The notes under the pieces are model-generated. The model searched no databases. It saw only the letters and a list, made by a program, of their open reading frames with translations, and was not told the DNA's origin. A stretch of DNA of 64,000 nt, taken from Octopus bimaculoides (taxonomy: Eukaryota). Every line of letters begins with the position of its first letter. Position 1 is the first letter of the stretch. The position numbers were made by a program, and so were the translations under genes. Below, one piece after another: positions 24,040 through 36,464 of the stretch. The stretch lies in NCBI RefSeq assembly GCF_001194135.2, contig NC_068998.1, positions 45,396,757 to 45,460,756 on the forward strand, in the 5' to 3' direction.

Positions 24040-24416
24040 TGTCATATACAGCACTAGAAGAAAAATGACCATCTTTGGCTTCAAGACAAAAGGTGTTCTT
24101 CCATCAGGATAATGCTCAGCCACATACAACAAGGATGACATTCCAAAGGCTGAAGCAGTTTGAATGGGAAACGATATTCACCAGACATTGCCCCATCTGA
24201 TTAGAATTTATTTTGCAGAACAGTACTGGAGGAGTATTTTTCGTTATGGATAAGTGAATTTTGGAAGAGGAGCCTTGCAAGTGCACCAGATAGATGGAAG
24301 AGCATTGTAGAAAATGAAGGAGGATATATTTTAGATTAAAAAATAACTTTGTTTATCTTAATTTTGAAAAATAAATGAAGTATATAAAAACTGCATTATT
24401 TATGGGAAGAACCAAT
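24040..24416 (+). mobile_element. mariner transposase 3-prime remnant with right TIR
   Basis: Reads VFFHQDNAQPHTTRMTFQRLKQFEWET..SPDIAPSD, then ..RWKSIVENEGGYILD*. Ends with TIR-like gcattatttatgggaagaaccaata. Contains stops and a deletion. Confidence 0.82.
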
Positions 24417-26367
24417 AATTATAACAGGAAAGATATCCCCCTCCCCCCACCAAGAATTTCTAACTTAGGAATAATGTTACAAAGTAAGTTTGTTCAGGTA
24501 CCTGGTTGATTTTTGGTACTTAATTTAGTGAACTTCATATGATAAGAGGCAAAGTAAACCTTGGTGGGATGTGAACTGGCAATGTAAAGGTACATAATTA
24601 AATACTTCAGATAGTCCAACATTCTGCCAATTCTGTAATCCACCACTCTAACAACAACAACAGCAGTAGCAGTAGTAGCAGAAGTAGTAGTAAACTAACT
24701 AAAATTAACATAATTGAAATATCCTGTTTGAATATGCTGCCATTAATTACAAAAGGAGAAGGTATAATACATCTCTAATTCTATCACAGCTTCCATTTAA
24801 AGTCAGACTCTATTTTGTGATGTCAATTAACAAAGTTTAAAGCCAGTCTCTGGACACCATTTCTCTCGTAGTCAATTGTAAATAGGATATTCAAGAGATC
24901 AAAATGAGGAAATCACCTACAGATATTTATACTGAAGACAGCATTAACTGAAAGCAGTATTTAAAGAGAAGTATTAAAGTCTTCTTTATTGCAAAGTTAT
25001 GTGTTTTCTGAAATATCCCCACCAGAATATTTATACAAAAGTGTTTCAAGATTTATCTAGTAAATTCAATATTATCAATTAAGTTATATTACAGAATATC
25101 TATTCAAATATCTATTCTGTTTCTGCCATGCAGCTCCATGCAGTGAACTGAGTTTAGGTCATTTAAGATATTTAATAGTATCGAAATTAATGTCAGGTAT
25201 TTACAACAAGTTTTACATAAAACTCAAGCAAAAGAAGAAAAACAATTAAATTATTGTAATTTAGTTATTTCCCAAAACTTTTTTACTTTCTTATTAAATT
25301 TATTTATAGACAACTTCCCCTCCCCACCAATTTTGATCCTTTTCTCATATATATATATTGACAGATTTCAAACTTGTAGTCAAATAATTTAGCATTCTAA
25401 AGGATCATAAAGTTTGCATGGTTTTAACATGGCATGAGAGATCATCCTATTGGATTAGTGATGTCAGTTTTTTTGACTTTCCCTTTAATATCTCTAGAGA
25501 GAATGTTAATATTAGTAGCCAAGAAGGTCACAGTTAATTAAACAGCACCTTTGTGTGTGCGTATATGTGTGTGTGTGTGTGCTTAAATTTACAAACAAGA
25601 AAAAGTGCTCAGTAGCAAAGGAGAAGGTAATTATTTGTTATCGTGCTAACATTATTTGGTGTTACTATTCTGAGTCTTGTAATTACTCACTGACTATGCA
25701 CCTAAAGTCTGCATTACAGATCATCGTACATGTGATAAATATTATGGATATAGGTGTCACTTGTAACAGGACAAAATAGACAGTCTCTATGAAATCAGAA
25801 TCATCATCATCATAATTTTACACCCAATTTCTATGTTGGCATGGGTTGGATGTATTGCTACAATCAGTCAGTCCATAATTGGGAATACTGCTCACCTAAA
25901 CAGGTCAGAACAGTGCTTCTCACTCATGCATCTCATTGACCATACATACATACATATATATATAGGTACACACACACACACACACACAATCATAAACTAA
26001 TGTATGTATATAAAAAAGTGGTACTACATCAAAATATATATTTCGGTTAAAGAGTTTTCTTGTACTACTGATAAATCTTGTGTTATCTTACAAAACAAAA
26101 CCATCTGTTTTTCTTTTCCTTTCTATAGAATATGACAAAGTTTAAATATTATTGTATAAGAAGAGGGCTAATAAGAAACTATAATACTGTCACGTCTTCT
26201 GTAAAGGTGCCATTGTATGACAGTCTCTATACTGTGCTCTCTGTTGCCACTTCAGGAAAACACACCTCTCACTGAGATTACCATGTGAAAGGGCATAAGT
26301 GTATAACAGGGTCTTTGAATTAAGGAGCTAAGTAATATCTGTTGATTACTTATGCTTCACAATGAAG

Positions 26368-26710
26368 ACGTATGGCTCAGTAGTTAGAACATTGGGCTCA
26401 CAATCATGAGGTACTGAGTTCGATTCCCAGAACAGGCTATGCATTGTGTTGTTGAGCAAGACACTTTATTTTACGCTGCTCCAGTTCACCCAGCTGTAGA
26501 AATGAGTTGCAATGTCGCTGGTGCCAGGCTGTATCGGCCCCTTTGCCTTTCCCTTGGATAACATCAGTGGCCTGGAGAGGGGAGGCTGATATGCATGGGT
26601 TAGTGCTGGTCTTCCATAAACAACCTTGCCTGGAGTTGCGCTTCAGAAGGGAACTTTCTAGGTTCAATCCCATGGTCATTCGTAACTCAAAGGGGTCTTT
26701 TACCTTACAA
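26368..26710 (+). mobile_element. tRNA-derived SINE family C
   Basis: Colinear with 19585-19925 over its whole length. Confidence 0.85.
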
Positions 26711-29229
26711 TTTTATATAGATATATATATACTCACTCCCACACACACACACACACATACATATATATATAGTTAAAAAATTTAGCAAAAACACAGCAAA
26801 CGCAATTCTTCAGCTAAAAGTATTTTGCACGATTTAAGTTATAGAGCTTAAATCTAAATACCTCTACAATTAAACCATACCACAAACCTCATTAAATAGA
26901 TCGACAGAGAAAGCATGCTGTACCACGACCTATGCCTGCAATATATAGCCATACTAAATACTCTGAATGTCCTATTTACAAAATCCAAATTAAGTTTTTC
27001 ATTTTATAAAACATCTAAACTAGATTATATCTTTCAGCAACAACTGCAAGTTTTTCAGCAACATATGTTTATTTTAATGAATTTCTTGACACTTTAACAG
27101 CCATTTCAGATATTCAGTTCTGTATTGTCAATTCAATCAGTTAAACAGTGTTGTAATTTAATGAACAAATATTTCTTATAGGAGGTTCATTGATGGATAA
27201 ATTATGCGTGTATGTATATATACACATATCCATATCTACACACACACATACACATGCGTATTTTATTTCATACGATTATGTAAGAATATTTGTGGAGACT
27301 AATGGTTCATTTCTTAAGGAAAGGAAATTGTATTATTTATGTGCGTCTGCCTGCATACATGCTTTTTGTGATGGGCAGCATTGGCATGTTTTAATGGGGA
27401 GTGGTGAAAGATAAAGATAAAGCTTGGGAAATTTCTAATAGAACAGTGTAAGGAAGAGATTGATCGTAAAGATGATGATGGTGATGAATGACTAAACTCA
27501 GAATTCAGCTGTAATCTGGAAACTACAAACTGTCCTAAATAATTATATACAAAAATAAATTACATTTCTCAGCTGATAAATGTTGCATCAAATGTTTAGA
27601 AACATCCAGGATTGCATTGTAATTTAAATGGAGTTTACCTTTAAAAAAAAAAGCTAGACAACCAATATATTTGAAATAAACTATTTTTCAATCTAGTCAA
27701 GAACTTGTATTTAATATTAGAGTTAATTATAGAATTCAGTTTTTCAGTCTCCTCTCCCCTCCTTCTTTCCAATATCTTCTGAGCACCAGAATATTTATCT
27801 GACTACTGTAGTGTATACTACCTTGAAAATAACATCGCAGCAGCATGATCAATAACTCGTTAGAATAATTCAATCGCACTCTACCATGCTTGACATGTTA
27901 TAGTAAGACAGAAGTGCTATTAACCAAATTCTCTGCTTCCATTGGTGGCTCACGCAGTTGCTACCATTCATTAACTTTTTTTTACCATTAATTTATGTTG
28001 ACATAACTCATCAATTTTCAAGGGAGAATTTCCTTTCCCAGAACGAGCTGCTGGTATTGATTCCTGATTTTATCTGCAATCATGAGTACTGACAGATGAT
28101 AATCTCTACATATTGAGGATTTTTATCCTGTTTTATTGCAATGGGAATATCAGTTCATTTGTAAATATTTTACTGTTTGGCAAAACATTAAGGTCAATGA
28201 TTTACTTTATTACATAAATTGGGCTTTGCTCTGTGGCAACAACAGCCTGGCCAATGAGCTGTAACTGAAATATAGCTTTTGCTAGTTGAAAACTATGTTA
28301 ATGAATTGATTGAATGGATTTCATACAAACAGAATTTAGATCTATATATTGATAAATTACTTCAGGTGTCTGAATCTGTTTGCTTTCTGTAACAGAGAAG
28401 CATTGGTTGAGTTCTGTATAAAAATATGTGTACTTACATGTCATAATCATCACACACACACACACACACACATGCATGCACACATGCATATGATCATCAT
28501 GTTACATCTGCTTTATATGATGGCATGGTTTGGGCAGGTCATCATAGTCCAAGTTCTTTCTTATCAGAAGTCACTGCTCTCACTGACTGGTGCTCATACA
28601 TGTCATTATTTTCTATTGCCAACCACTTTACAAAGAATACTGGGTGCATTTTCTTATAGCACCAATACTAGAAACGTTGATGAGACATTTTCAAGACACC
28701 TAAAAGACCTCACAACCTTACACTTCCTCCACTCATTTGCAGTCCACTTTACAATGAGTATTGAGTGTATTTTTCATGGCAGCTACAGTAGGGTGGTTGT
28801 CAAATCCTTTTATGAGACAGAGCTGTTTTATATGTATACACGTACCAATCACTTTTGAGGGTGTGCAAGAGAGCTTAGCTTGATCTGGACTTTCTAGAGA
28901 ACACTGAGTAACATAAGACATGAACTTTTGCTGAGGTAATGTAATCAAGGAAAGAAAATGTCGATGAAAGGACTAGGAGCAGGATGATAGCTACAGAGTT
29001 TATGGAGTATAGACAGGAATAGAATGGAATGTTAGGCAAAAGTAAACATTGGATATAATAATAGGAGGTGATAGTTGACATACATATTTACACTATAATA
29101 AAGAGTGCTACTTATTAAATAGTTTGGAGTATGTAACTTTTACTAACAGAAATAAAGAATTATTAAAGTCTACAAATTTCTAAAAGAATTTTAATTTCAA
29201 TAAATTTTTATCATAATTTAGTTTTTAAC

Positions 29230-29272
<43 letters not shown>

Positions 29273-29276
29273 TCAT

Positions 29277-30274
29277 NNNNNNNNNNNNNNNNNNNNNNNN
29301 NNNNNNNNNNNNNNNNNNNNNNNNNNNNNNNNNNNNNNNNNNNNNNNNNNNNNNNNNNNNNNNNNNNNNNNNNNNNNNNNNNNNNNNNNNNNNNNNNNNN
29401 NNNNNNNNNNNNNNNNNNNNNNNNNNNNNNNNNNNNNNNNNNNNNNNNNNNNNNNNNNNNNNNNNNNNNNNNNNNNNNNNNNNNNNNNNNNNNNNNNNNN
29501 NNNNNNNNNNNNNNNNNNNNNNNNNNNNNNNNNNNNNNNNNNNNNNNNNNNNNNNNNNNNNNNNNNNNNNNNNNNNNNNNNNNNNNNNNNNNNNNNNNNN
29601 NNNNNNNNNNNNNNNNNNNNNNNNNNNNNNNNNNNNNNNNNNNNNNNNNNNNNNNNNNNNNNNNNNNNNNNNNNNNNNNNNNNNNNNNNNNNNNNNNNNN
29701 NNNNNNNNNNNNNNNNNNNNNNNNNNNNNNNNNNNNNNNNNNNNNNNNNNNNNNNNNNNNNNNNNNNNNNNNNNNNNNNNNNNNNNNNNNNNNNNNNNNN
29801 NNNNNNNNNNNNNNNNNNNNNNNNNNNNNNNNNNNNNNNNNNNNNNNNNNNNNNNNNNNNNNNNNNNNNNNNNNNNNNNNNNNNNNNNNNNNNNNNNNNN
29901 NNNNNNNNNNNNNNNNNNNNNNNNNNNNNNNNNNNNNNNNNNNNNNNNNNNNNNNNNNNNNNNNNNNNNNNNNNNNNNNNNNNNNNNNNNNNNNNNNNNN
30001 NNNNNNNNNNNNNNNNNNNNNNNNNNNNNNNNNNNNNNNNNNNNNNNNNNNNNNNNNNNNNNNNNNNNNNNNNNNNNNNNNNNNNNNNNNNNNNNNNNNN
30101 NNNNNNNNNNNNNNNNNNNNNNNNNNNNNNNNNNNNNNNNNNNNNNNNNNNNNNNNNNNNNNNNNNNNNNNNNNNNNNNNNNNNNNNNNNNNNNNNNNNN
30201 NNNNNNNNNNNNNNNNNNNNNNNNNNNNNNNNNNNNNNNNNNNNNNNNNNNNNNNNNNNNNNNNNNNNNNNNNN
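29277..30274. other. Assembly gap (998 N)
   Basis: Run of N. Confidence 1.
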
Positions 30275-30322
<48 letters not shown>

Positions 30323-30467
30323 CAACAGGCTTCTTTCAGTTTCCATCTACCAAATCCACTCACAAGACTTTGGTCAGCCCGAGGCTATAGTAGAAGACAC
30401 TTGCCCAAGGTGCCACGCAGTGGGACTGAACCCGGAACCATGTGGTTGGTAAACAAGCTACTTACCA
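30275..30467 (-). mobile_element. SINE family A, 5-prime half, running into a gap
   Basis: ggcttctttcagtttccatctaccaaatccactcacaag..gggactgaacccggaaccatgtggttgg. Confidence 0.85.
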
Positions 30468-30939
30468 AGAGTTTAACTATGGCCTGTCCATAGCACTTAC
30501 TTAGTGTTACCTGCCACTCTTTGGGTCTTCTAAATACCTATACCTTTTATATATCATTGATTGAACAGAAACATTGTACTAAAGTAGTAGGCTAAACAAG
30601 TTGCATACAGTTTGCTTTTAGTTCTCACAGCTCTATTATCAGGTGAAAAAAGTGATCTATGATTGAATTGTGTCAGCTGGAACACAACTAGGTCAAAGAA
30701 GACATAAAACGCTGGTAATTAGTTGTCATAGAAGAATTAATTTGCAACAAATAAAATAGATACATAAACAGGTGCAAAAAACTTAATGAACATTCATTAC
30801 ATATAGGCTGGTATCAAAAATATAAATAAATATAGGAAGTTGTTAGATCTGGAGATGGTCATTTGCTAATTAATCATACGTACTATATATTTGATATTCA
30901 CTTTATTATTATTGTTGTTATTATTATTTAAGATGTCAC

Positions 30940-31330
30940 ACAGTACTCAATATCACAATGTTGTTGATTGAAGATATTGTGTTTACTGGGGGGTTTATAC
31001 TGTTTGTCAAGTCACAACAAGGGCTTCAGACAGGTAGTACTTTACACAATATGTGTGCAGTTCAAAGTAGTGTGGAGTTTTACAATACACCTAGATTCTG
31101 ACCATGTAATTTCATGCAGAGTAGGGTTTCTTCTCTCTCATTGATTGGAATTCCTGAGCTCTCTCAAGTCCATTTTTGTTAAATCCTTCTGCATTAGCAG
31201 CATACTGTAGCAGGTCTTGTTTGCTGTTTACCAAATATTCTGCCAAGTTTCTTCTTTCACTGTTGATGCACCCCCGTACACTAATTAGCCCATATCCACC
31301 TTTAGCCCTCTTCATGTAGAGCCTGTATTA
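30940..31330 (-). mobile_element. R4/Dong-like (REL-endonuclease) non-LTR retrotransposon remnant
   Basis: Reads RLYMKRAKGGYGLISVRGCINSERRNLAEY, resembling the post-RT RLY.PR..GGRGL.S..C motif of R4/Dong-type elements. Confidence 0.68.
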
Positions 31331-31360
31331 CTGTTGTTGTCATCATCAGTATCATCATCG

Positions 31361-31404
<44 letters not shown>

Positions 31405-31429
31405 TATTATTATTATTACTATTATTATT

Positions 31430-31622
31430 AATGGTGGCAAGCTGGGCGAAATGCTTAGCAGCATTTAGTCTGTCATGTTCTGAGTGCAAATGCCTCCAAG
31501 GTCAACTTTGCCTTTCATCCTTTCGGGGTCAATAAAATAAGTACTAGTTGAACACTGGGGTCAATGTAATTAACTCATCCCCTCCCCACTAATTGTTGCC
31601 CTTGTGGCAAAATTTGAAACCT

Positions 31623-31670
<48 letters not shown>

Positions 31671-31940
31671 ATTATTTATTATTATTATTTATCATTATTA
31701 TCATTATTATTAATTATTATTATTAAGGTGTCGAGCTGGCAGAATCGTTAGCATGTCAGGTGAAATGCTTAGCAGTAATTTGTCTGCTGTCATATTCCGA
31801 GTTCAAATTGTGCCAAGGCTGACTTTGCCTTTCTTCCTTTCAGGGTTGATAAATTAAGTACCAGTTGCGTACTGGGTCTCAATGTAATCGACTAGTCTAC
31901 TCCCTCAGAATTTCCAGCCCTCTGCCTATTGTAGAAAGGA
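31430..31940 (+). mobile_element. Two SINE family B copies (31430-31622, 31725-31940) separated and flanked by (ATT)n
   Basis: Direct copies, each embedded in ATT trinucleotide runs. Confidence 0.85.
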
Positions 31941-32214
31941 TTATGATTATCATCATCATCATCATTATAATAATAATAATTATTGTTGTTGTTGTTGTTG
32001 TCATCATTATTATTAGTGTATTTGTCAGAGTTCTTTTGTCACACATTCAGTGACATTTTCAACAGCTTTCTGTATTTTGTATCTTTCGATCTCCTAATTC
32101 CATGGAACAGACAGGACAAGAGGAGACACAAAGAACAAAAAGTTGCTGAAGAGGTCACAGAATGTGCTACAAAAAAACTGACAAATGAACAAATAATAAT
32201 GATAATAATAAGGG

Positions 32215-32360
32215 TTTCAAATTTTGGCACAAGGCCAGAAATATCAGAGGAGGGGGTTATGTCAATTACATCAACCCCCACTGATCAACTAGTACTTATT
32301 TTATCAAGCCCAAAAGGATGAGAGACAAAACCAACCTCAGCAGAATTTGAACTCAGAATG
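32215..32360 (-). mobile_element. SINE family B, inverted relative to 31430-31940
   Basis: ggtttcaaattttggcacaagg..ctagtacttattttatcaagcccaaaaggatgagagacaaaaccaacctcagcagaatttgaactcagaat. Confidence 0.8.
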
Positions 32361-32547
32361 TAAAGACAAATAAAACACTTTTCTATATTTAAGAGATGAG
32401 GAATTATGTACACTATTTACATTTGACAGATATTTGTTCTTATCTTGTTTGTTGTTAACAAAATATTTCAGCTGATATATCCTCCAGCCTTGGTCAGGTT
32501 TCTTGGGGAAATTTCGAACTTGTGTTCTCATTCCTAAGGTATTTTTC

Positions 32548-32549
<2 letters not shown>

Positions 32550-32582
<33 letters not shown>

Positions 32583-32681
32583 TTTTCTTTGTTTCAGTCA
32601 TTTGACTGCAGCAATATGTATATGTGTATATATCTACGTATGTGTATATCATATATATATATACGTGTGTGCATGAGAGAG

Positions 32682-32716
<35 letters not shown>

Positions 32717-32733
32717 CATACATATATATATAC

Positions 32734-32784
<51 letters not shown>

Positions 32785-32827
32785 CATACATATATATATA
32801 TATACAAACACACACATATATATACAT

Positions 32828-32858
<31 letters not shown>

Positions 32859-32905
32859 CATATATATATATAAATACATATACATATATACACACATATA
32901 CAGTG
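32550..32905. repeat. Compound (TA)n/(TACA)n/(CA)n microsatellite, one of dozens in the window
   Basis: Directly visible. It produces the spurious YIYI/THTH ORFs. Confidence 0.95.
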
Positions 32906-33195
32906 TAGCAAGTGTTATCCCAAGAAATAACAAATTAACCGAGAAAGTCATGTGTAAATCAGGAAACATATTAATACTGGAAGATAAAATTATTGACTGT
33001 GCCTTACTACCTGCCGCATTCATCCGGATAAAGAATATAAAAGAGGAAATTAGAAAAAATACCTTTAGGTTCAATAGTTTCTGTGCATTCTCACTGTGTA
33101 AGTTATAGTTCTGTGTATGCAAGTGTTCATGCAATCTATAGATGTGTGCGTAGTGTGTGAATTTTTTTTTCCTTTAAAATTTACAATAACTTTAA

Positions 33196-33405
33196 CTCTT
33201 TAGTATTTAAACCAGCCATATCTGGTCCAAGTATTCTACCTGTTTTATATTCAAACCAGCCTCTCACATTTACCTCACAATGTCATTCAAAACATAAACA
33301 ATCACTTCATTGAAATCTCAAAGCTACAAGATAATGCCTGATTAATTCAAATCGATGTTAATAAATGAGCAGTATACTTAATAGAATAATCTGAATTCCA
33401 GAGTA
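33196..33405 (+). mobile_element. piggyBac-type MITE, same family, right end degenerate
   Basis: TTAA|ctctttagtatttaaaccagccatatctgg.. aligns by eye with 52755-52973. Confidence 0.75.
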
Positions 33406-33911
33406 GTATTTTAAGGGCCCCTGACAAATTTTGCTTTATATATGTATTTATTGCAACGAAACAACTAGGTTTCTTTCTCTAACGTTTTATACAGTTCAAC
33501 ATGTTTCCGGACACTGAATCATGTTCCCTCAGTGAGTGCAATTGCAAACTTACACAAATGCATGTGTGAAAATCAAAATAGGAATTTTGGAAGAAGTATC
33601 TATAAAACAACTTTTTAAATGTCAAATGGCAATGGTAGAGAGGTCTACCTTAGGGAAAAATCAAAAGGGGCCATGAGTAAAAAAATGGTCAAGAACTGCT
33701 GATCTACCCAATTTCACACACAAGTTAGTGGGCAAGCTAAAGTTATCCAGATGACATTTGTCTAAGGTATCCTGGCATGGGACAGAACCCAGACCCAAAT
33801 AGTTGCAAAGTAAGCTCCTTAACCATTTGGCCATACTGCAAATATGTATATGTATCGGGGGTGTATATTCCAGGTGTGCTAGGTGTGCACTGCACATCCA
33901 TCGAAAATGGT

Positions 33912-34293
33912 GTTGGCACTCCGTCGCTTATGACGTCGAGGGTTCCAGTTGATTCGATCAACGGAACAGCCTGCTCGTGAAATTAATGTGCAAGTGGCTG
34001 AGCACTCCACAGACACGTGTACCCTTAATGTAGTTCTTGGGAATATTCAGCGTGACACAGTGTGACAAGGCTGACCCTTTGAATTACAGGCACAACAGAA
34101 ACAGGAAGAAAGAGTGAGAGAAAGTTGTGGTGAAAGTGTACAGCAGGGTTCGCTACCATCCCCTGCTGGAGACTCGTGGAGCTTTAGGTGTTTTCACTCA
34201 ATAAACACTCACAACGCCCGGTCTGGGAATCGAAACCACGATCCTATGACCGCGAGTCTGCTGCCCTAACCACTGGGCCATTGCGCCTCCACT
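33912..34293 (-). mobile_element. Young full-length tRNA-derived SINE (family D here) with 11-bp target-site duplication
   Basis: TSD tcgaaaatggt at 33901-33911 and 34294-34304. The minus-strand head agtggaggcgcaaTGGCCCAGTGGttagg..GTTTCGATTCC carries Pol III A and B boxes. CpG-rich compared with its surroundings. Confidence 0.9.
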
Positions 34294-35735
34294 TCGAAAA
34301 TGGTAAGGTCATTATAATATTAACCTTGCTCATTAATACGCCTGATTGAATTTTGGTGGCATTGAGTGAAACAGCACATGCAACACAACAACCACCACTG
34401 GTATGTTTGTGCCTCTGTGTGTGTTTATGTAGAAAGAGAAGCGCACAATGTTAGTTCGGTTGAAATATTTGGTATGTCATATGGTCCCCACTCTACCCTG
34501 GTTCAGATTATCTGAATGATAAGTTCCACATCTGTTTTCGTCTTGAGTTGTAATGAATAAGGAAAATGTCTAATATTAAAAAGTAGTTGTTCCACCAAAG
34601 GCCACTCCATCAAATATTTCTGAACTAAACAAAATACAAATAAAAGTAACTATATGTCTGTAGTGAGTGAATCTTGTCGAACAGTCATCTACCTATGTAA
34701 TGCTAATACATTTTGTTAGGTGCCTCACTAATTCTATTCCTGATAGCCAAACATTTTAGCATTTCTCCTATAATAGAAGAGGATGTTGTGGTGTTTTCAG
34801 CTTTCATCTATCTAATTGCTGCCTCTGATGGTATTGCACAAATATTTATGGCTGTCATTCCAGTCTCTTCATCCAATTAATGTTTCCAGTCTAGTTGCTC
34901 ATAACTACTTTTGTGTATGTATGTGTGTGTGTGTGAGAGAGAGAGAAAGAGAGAAAATGAGAAAGATAATACTGTATACGACATATGTATATTTTGTTGG
35001 CATAAAGTTATATGTATATGTATGTATATATATATGTATAAACTTTATATTACACAGTTTGTTCTGATAGTGTAGTGAAAGCTCAAAAGTAATGAATTTC
35101 AAACCAATGTATTATTTATAACTAAAATATATTCTTCCTCAGCAATGCAGTTTTATAGATGAATGACTCTCTCTCTCTCTCACATACACACACACGCGTA
35201 TATATATATATATAATACATACATATTGCCGCAGTCAAATGAATGAAACAAAGAAAATATATATATTTATATATATGTATATATATATAACTATATATAT
35301 GTATATATATATAACTATATATATGTACATATATATACATACACATACAAACAAACACATACATATACAAACTTACATGTACATACACATACATTCACAT
35401 GCACCCCACCCCATACACACACAAGTACACATATAGGATTCAATTGTTAGAATAATTGAATTATTTGCTCAAGGAATTAGTGAGTGGCTGAGTACTTCAT
35501 AGCTACATATACCCTTAACGTAATTCTCAGGCAGAATCAGCATGACAGTGTGTGTGTGACAAGCCTTAATATCTTTGAATTACAGATACAATGCATCTGA
35601 ACAGCTTCTATGCAGTTTCCATCTACACATTTCACTCTCCAGTCATGGGTCAACCCAAAGCTATAGAAAATGACATTTGCTCAAGATCCCATACGGTGAG
35701 ATTGAACCTAGGACCTCATCATTGCAAATCAAATA

Positions 35736-36055
35736 CCAGGTGGTATCAAAAAGTTCCTAAACTAGTCATGTTTAATAAAAAATAACTTATTTATCTAAGT
35801 TTTAACAACATCTCCTTTGAAATGGTCACATTGTGGAGCATTCCTGCCACTTTTGGAATTCCTCAGTGAGCTGAGGACCTTCTGTGATTCGTTCTGGATC
35901 TCAATAACAGTGTTAAAAAAGTGACCTTTCAGCTGCATTTTCATCTTAGGGAGGGGATGGAAGCCTACAGGTGCTGAATCTAGTAAACAGGGTGAGTGCA
36001 AAAGTGATACCATGTTGTATTTGGCAAGGAGAGCTCAGTGAAGAATCCAGTTCTT
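35736..36055 (-). mobile_element. mariner transposase C-terminal remnant with TIR
   Basis: ORF 35795-36013(-) LHSPCLLDSAPVGFHPLPKMKMQLKGHFFNTVIEIQNESQKVL resembles the mariner HPPYSPDLAP.DF.LFPKMK..LKG..F motif. Left end is TA|CCAGGTGGTATCAAAAAGTTCC. Confidence 0.82.
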
Positions 36056-36084
36056 CCAATGGACTTTAAAAAATAAATAGATAA

Positions 36085-36408
36085 ATAGGTGCAGGAGTAG
36101 CTGTGTAGTAAGAAGCTTGCTTCCCAACCACATGGTCCTGGGTTCAGCTGAATTTCTTTCCTGTTGCCAATCTTCACTTGTAATATTTTCCTATAGAACC
36201 AGAAATGTTTCTGGGAATTAAGGAAATACACACACACACACACAGTCTTGAAAGGCTTCTTTCAGTTTCCATCTACCAAATCCACTTACAAAACTTTGGT
36301 CAGCCTAATTGCATGCCATAGTGGAAGACATTTAACCAAAATACCATGCAGTGGGATTGAACCTGGAACCATGTGGTTGGGAAGCAAAATTCTGACCACA
36401 CAGCTATA

Positions 36409-36412
<4 letters not shown>
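36085..36412. mobile_element. Two convergent SINE family A fragments (plus head 36085-36150, minus 5-prime half 36245-36412)
   Basis: gcaggagtagctgtgtagtaagaagcttgcttcccaaccacatgg versus ccatgtggttgggaagc..ccacacagctatacct. Confidence 0.78.

Positions 36413-36464
<52 letters not shown>

Noticed and set aside
34215-34293. tRNA-like sequence with A and B boxes
   Set aside because: It is the head of a SINE bounded by a TSD and has no proper acceptor stem, so it is not a tRNA gene.
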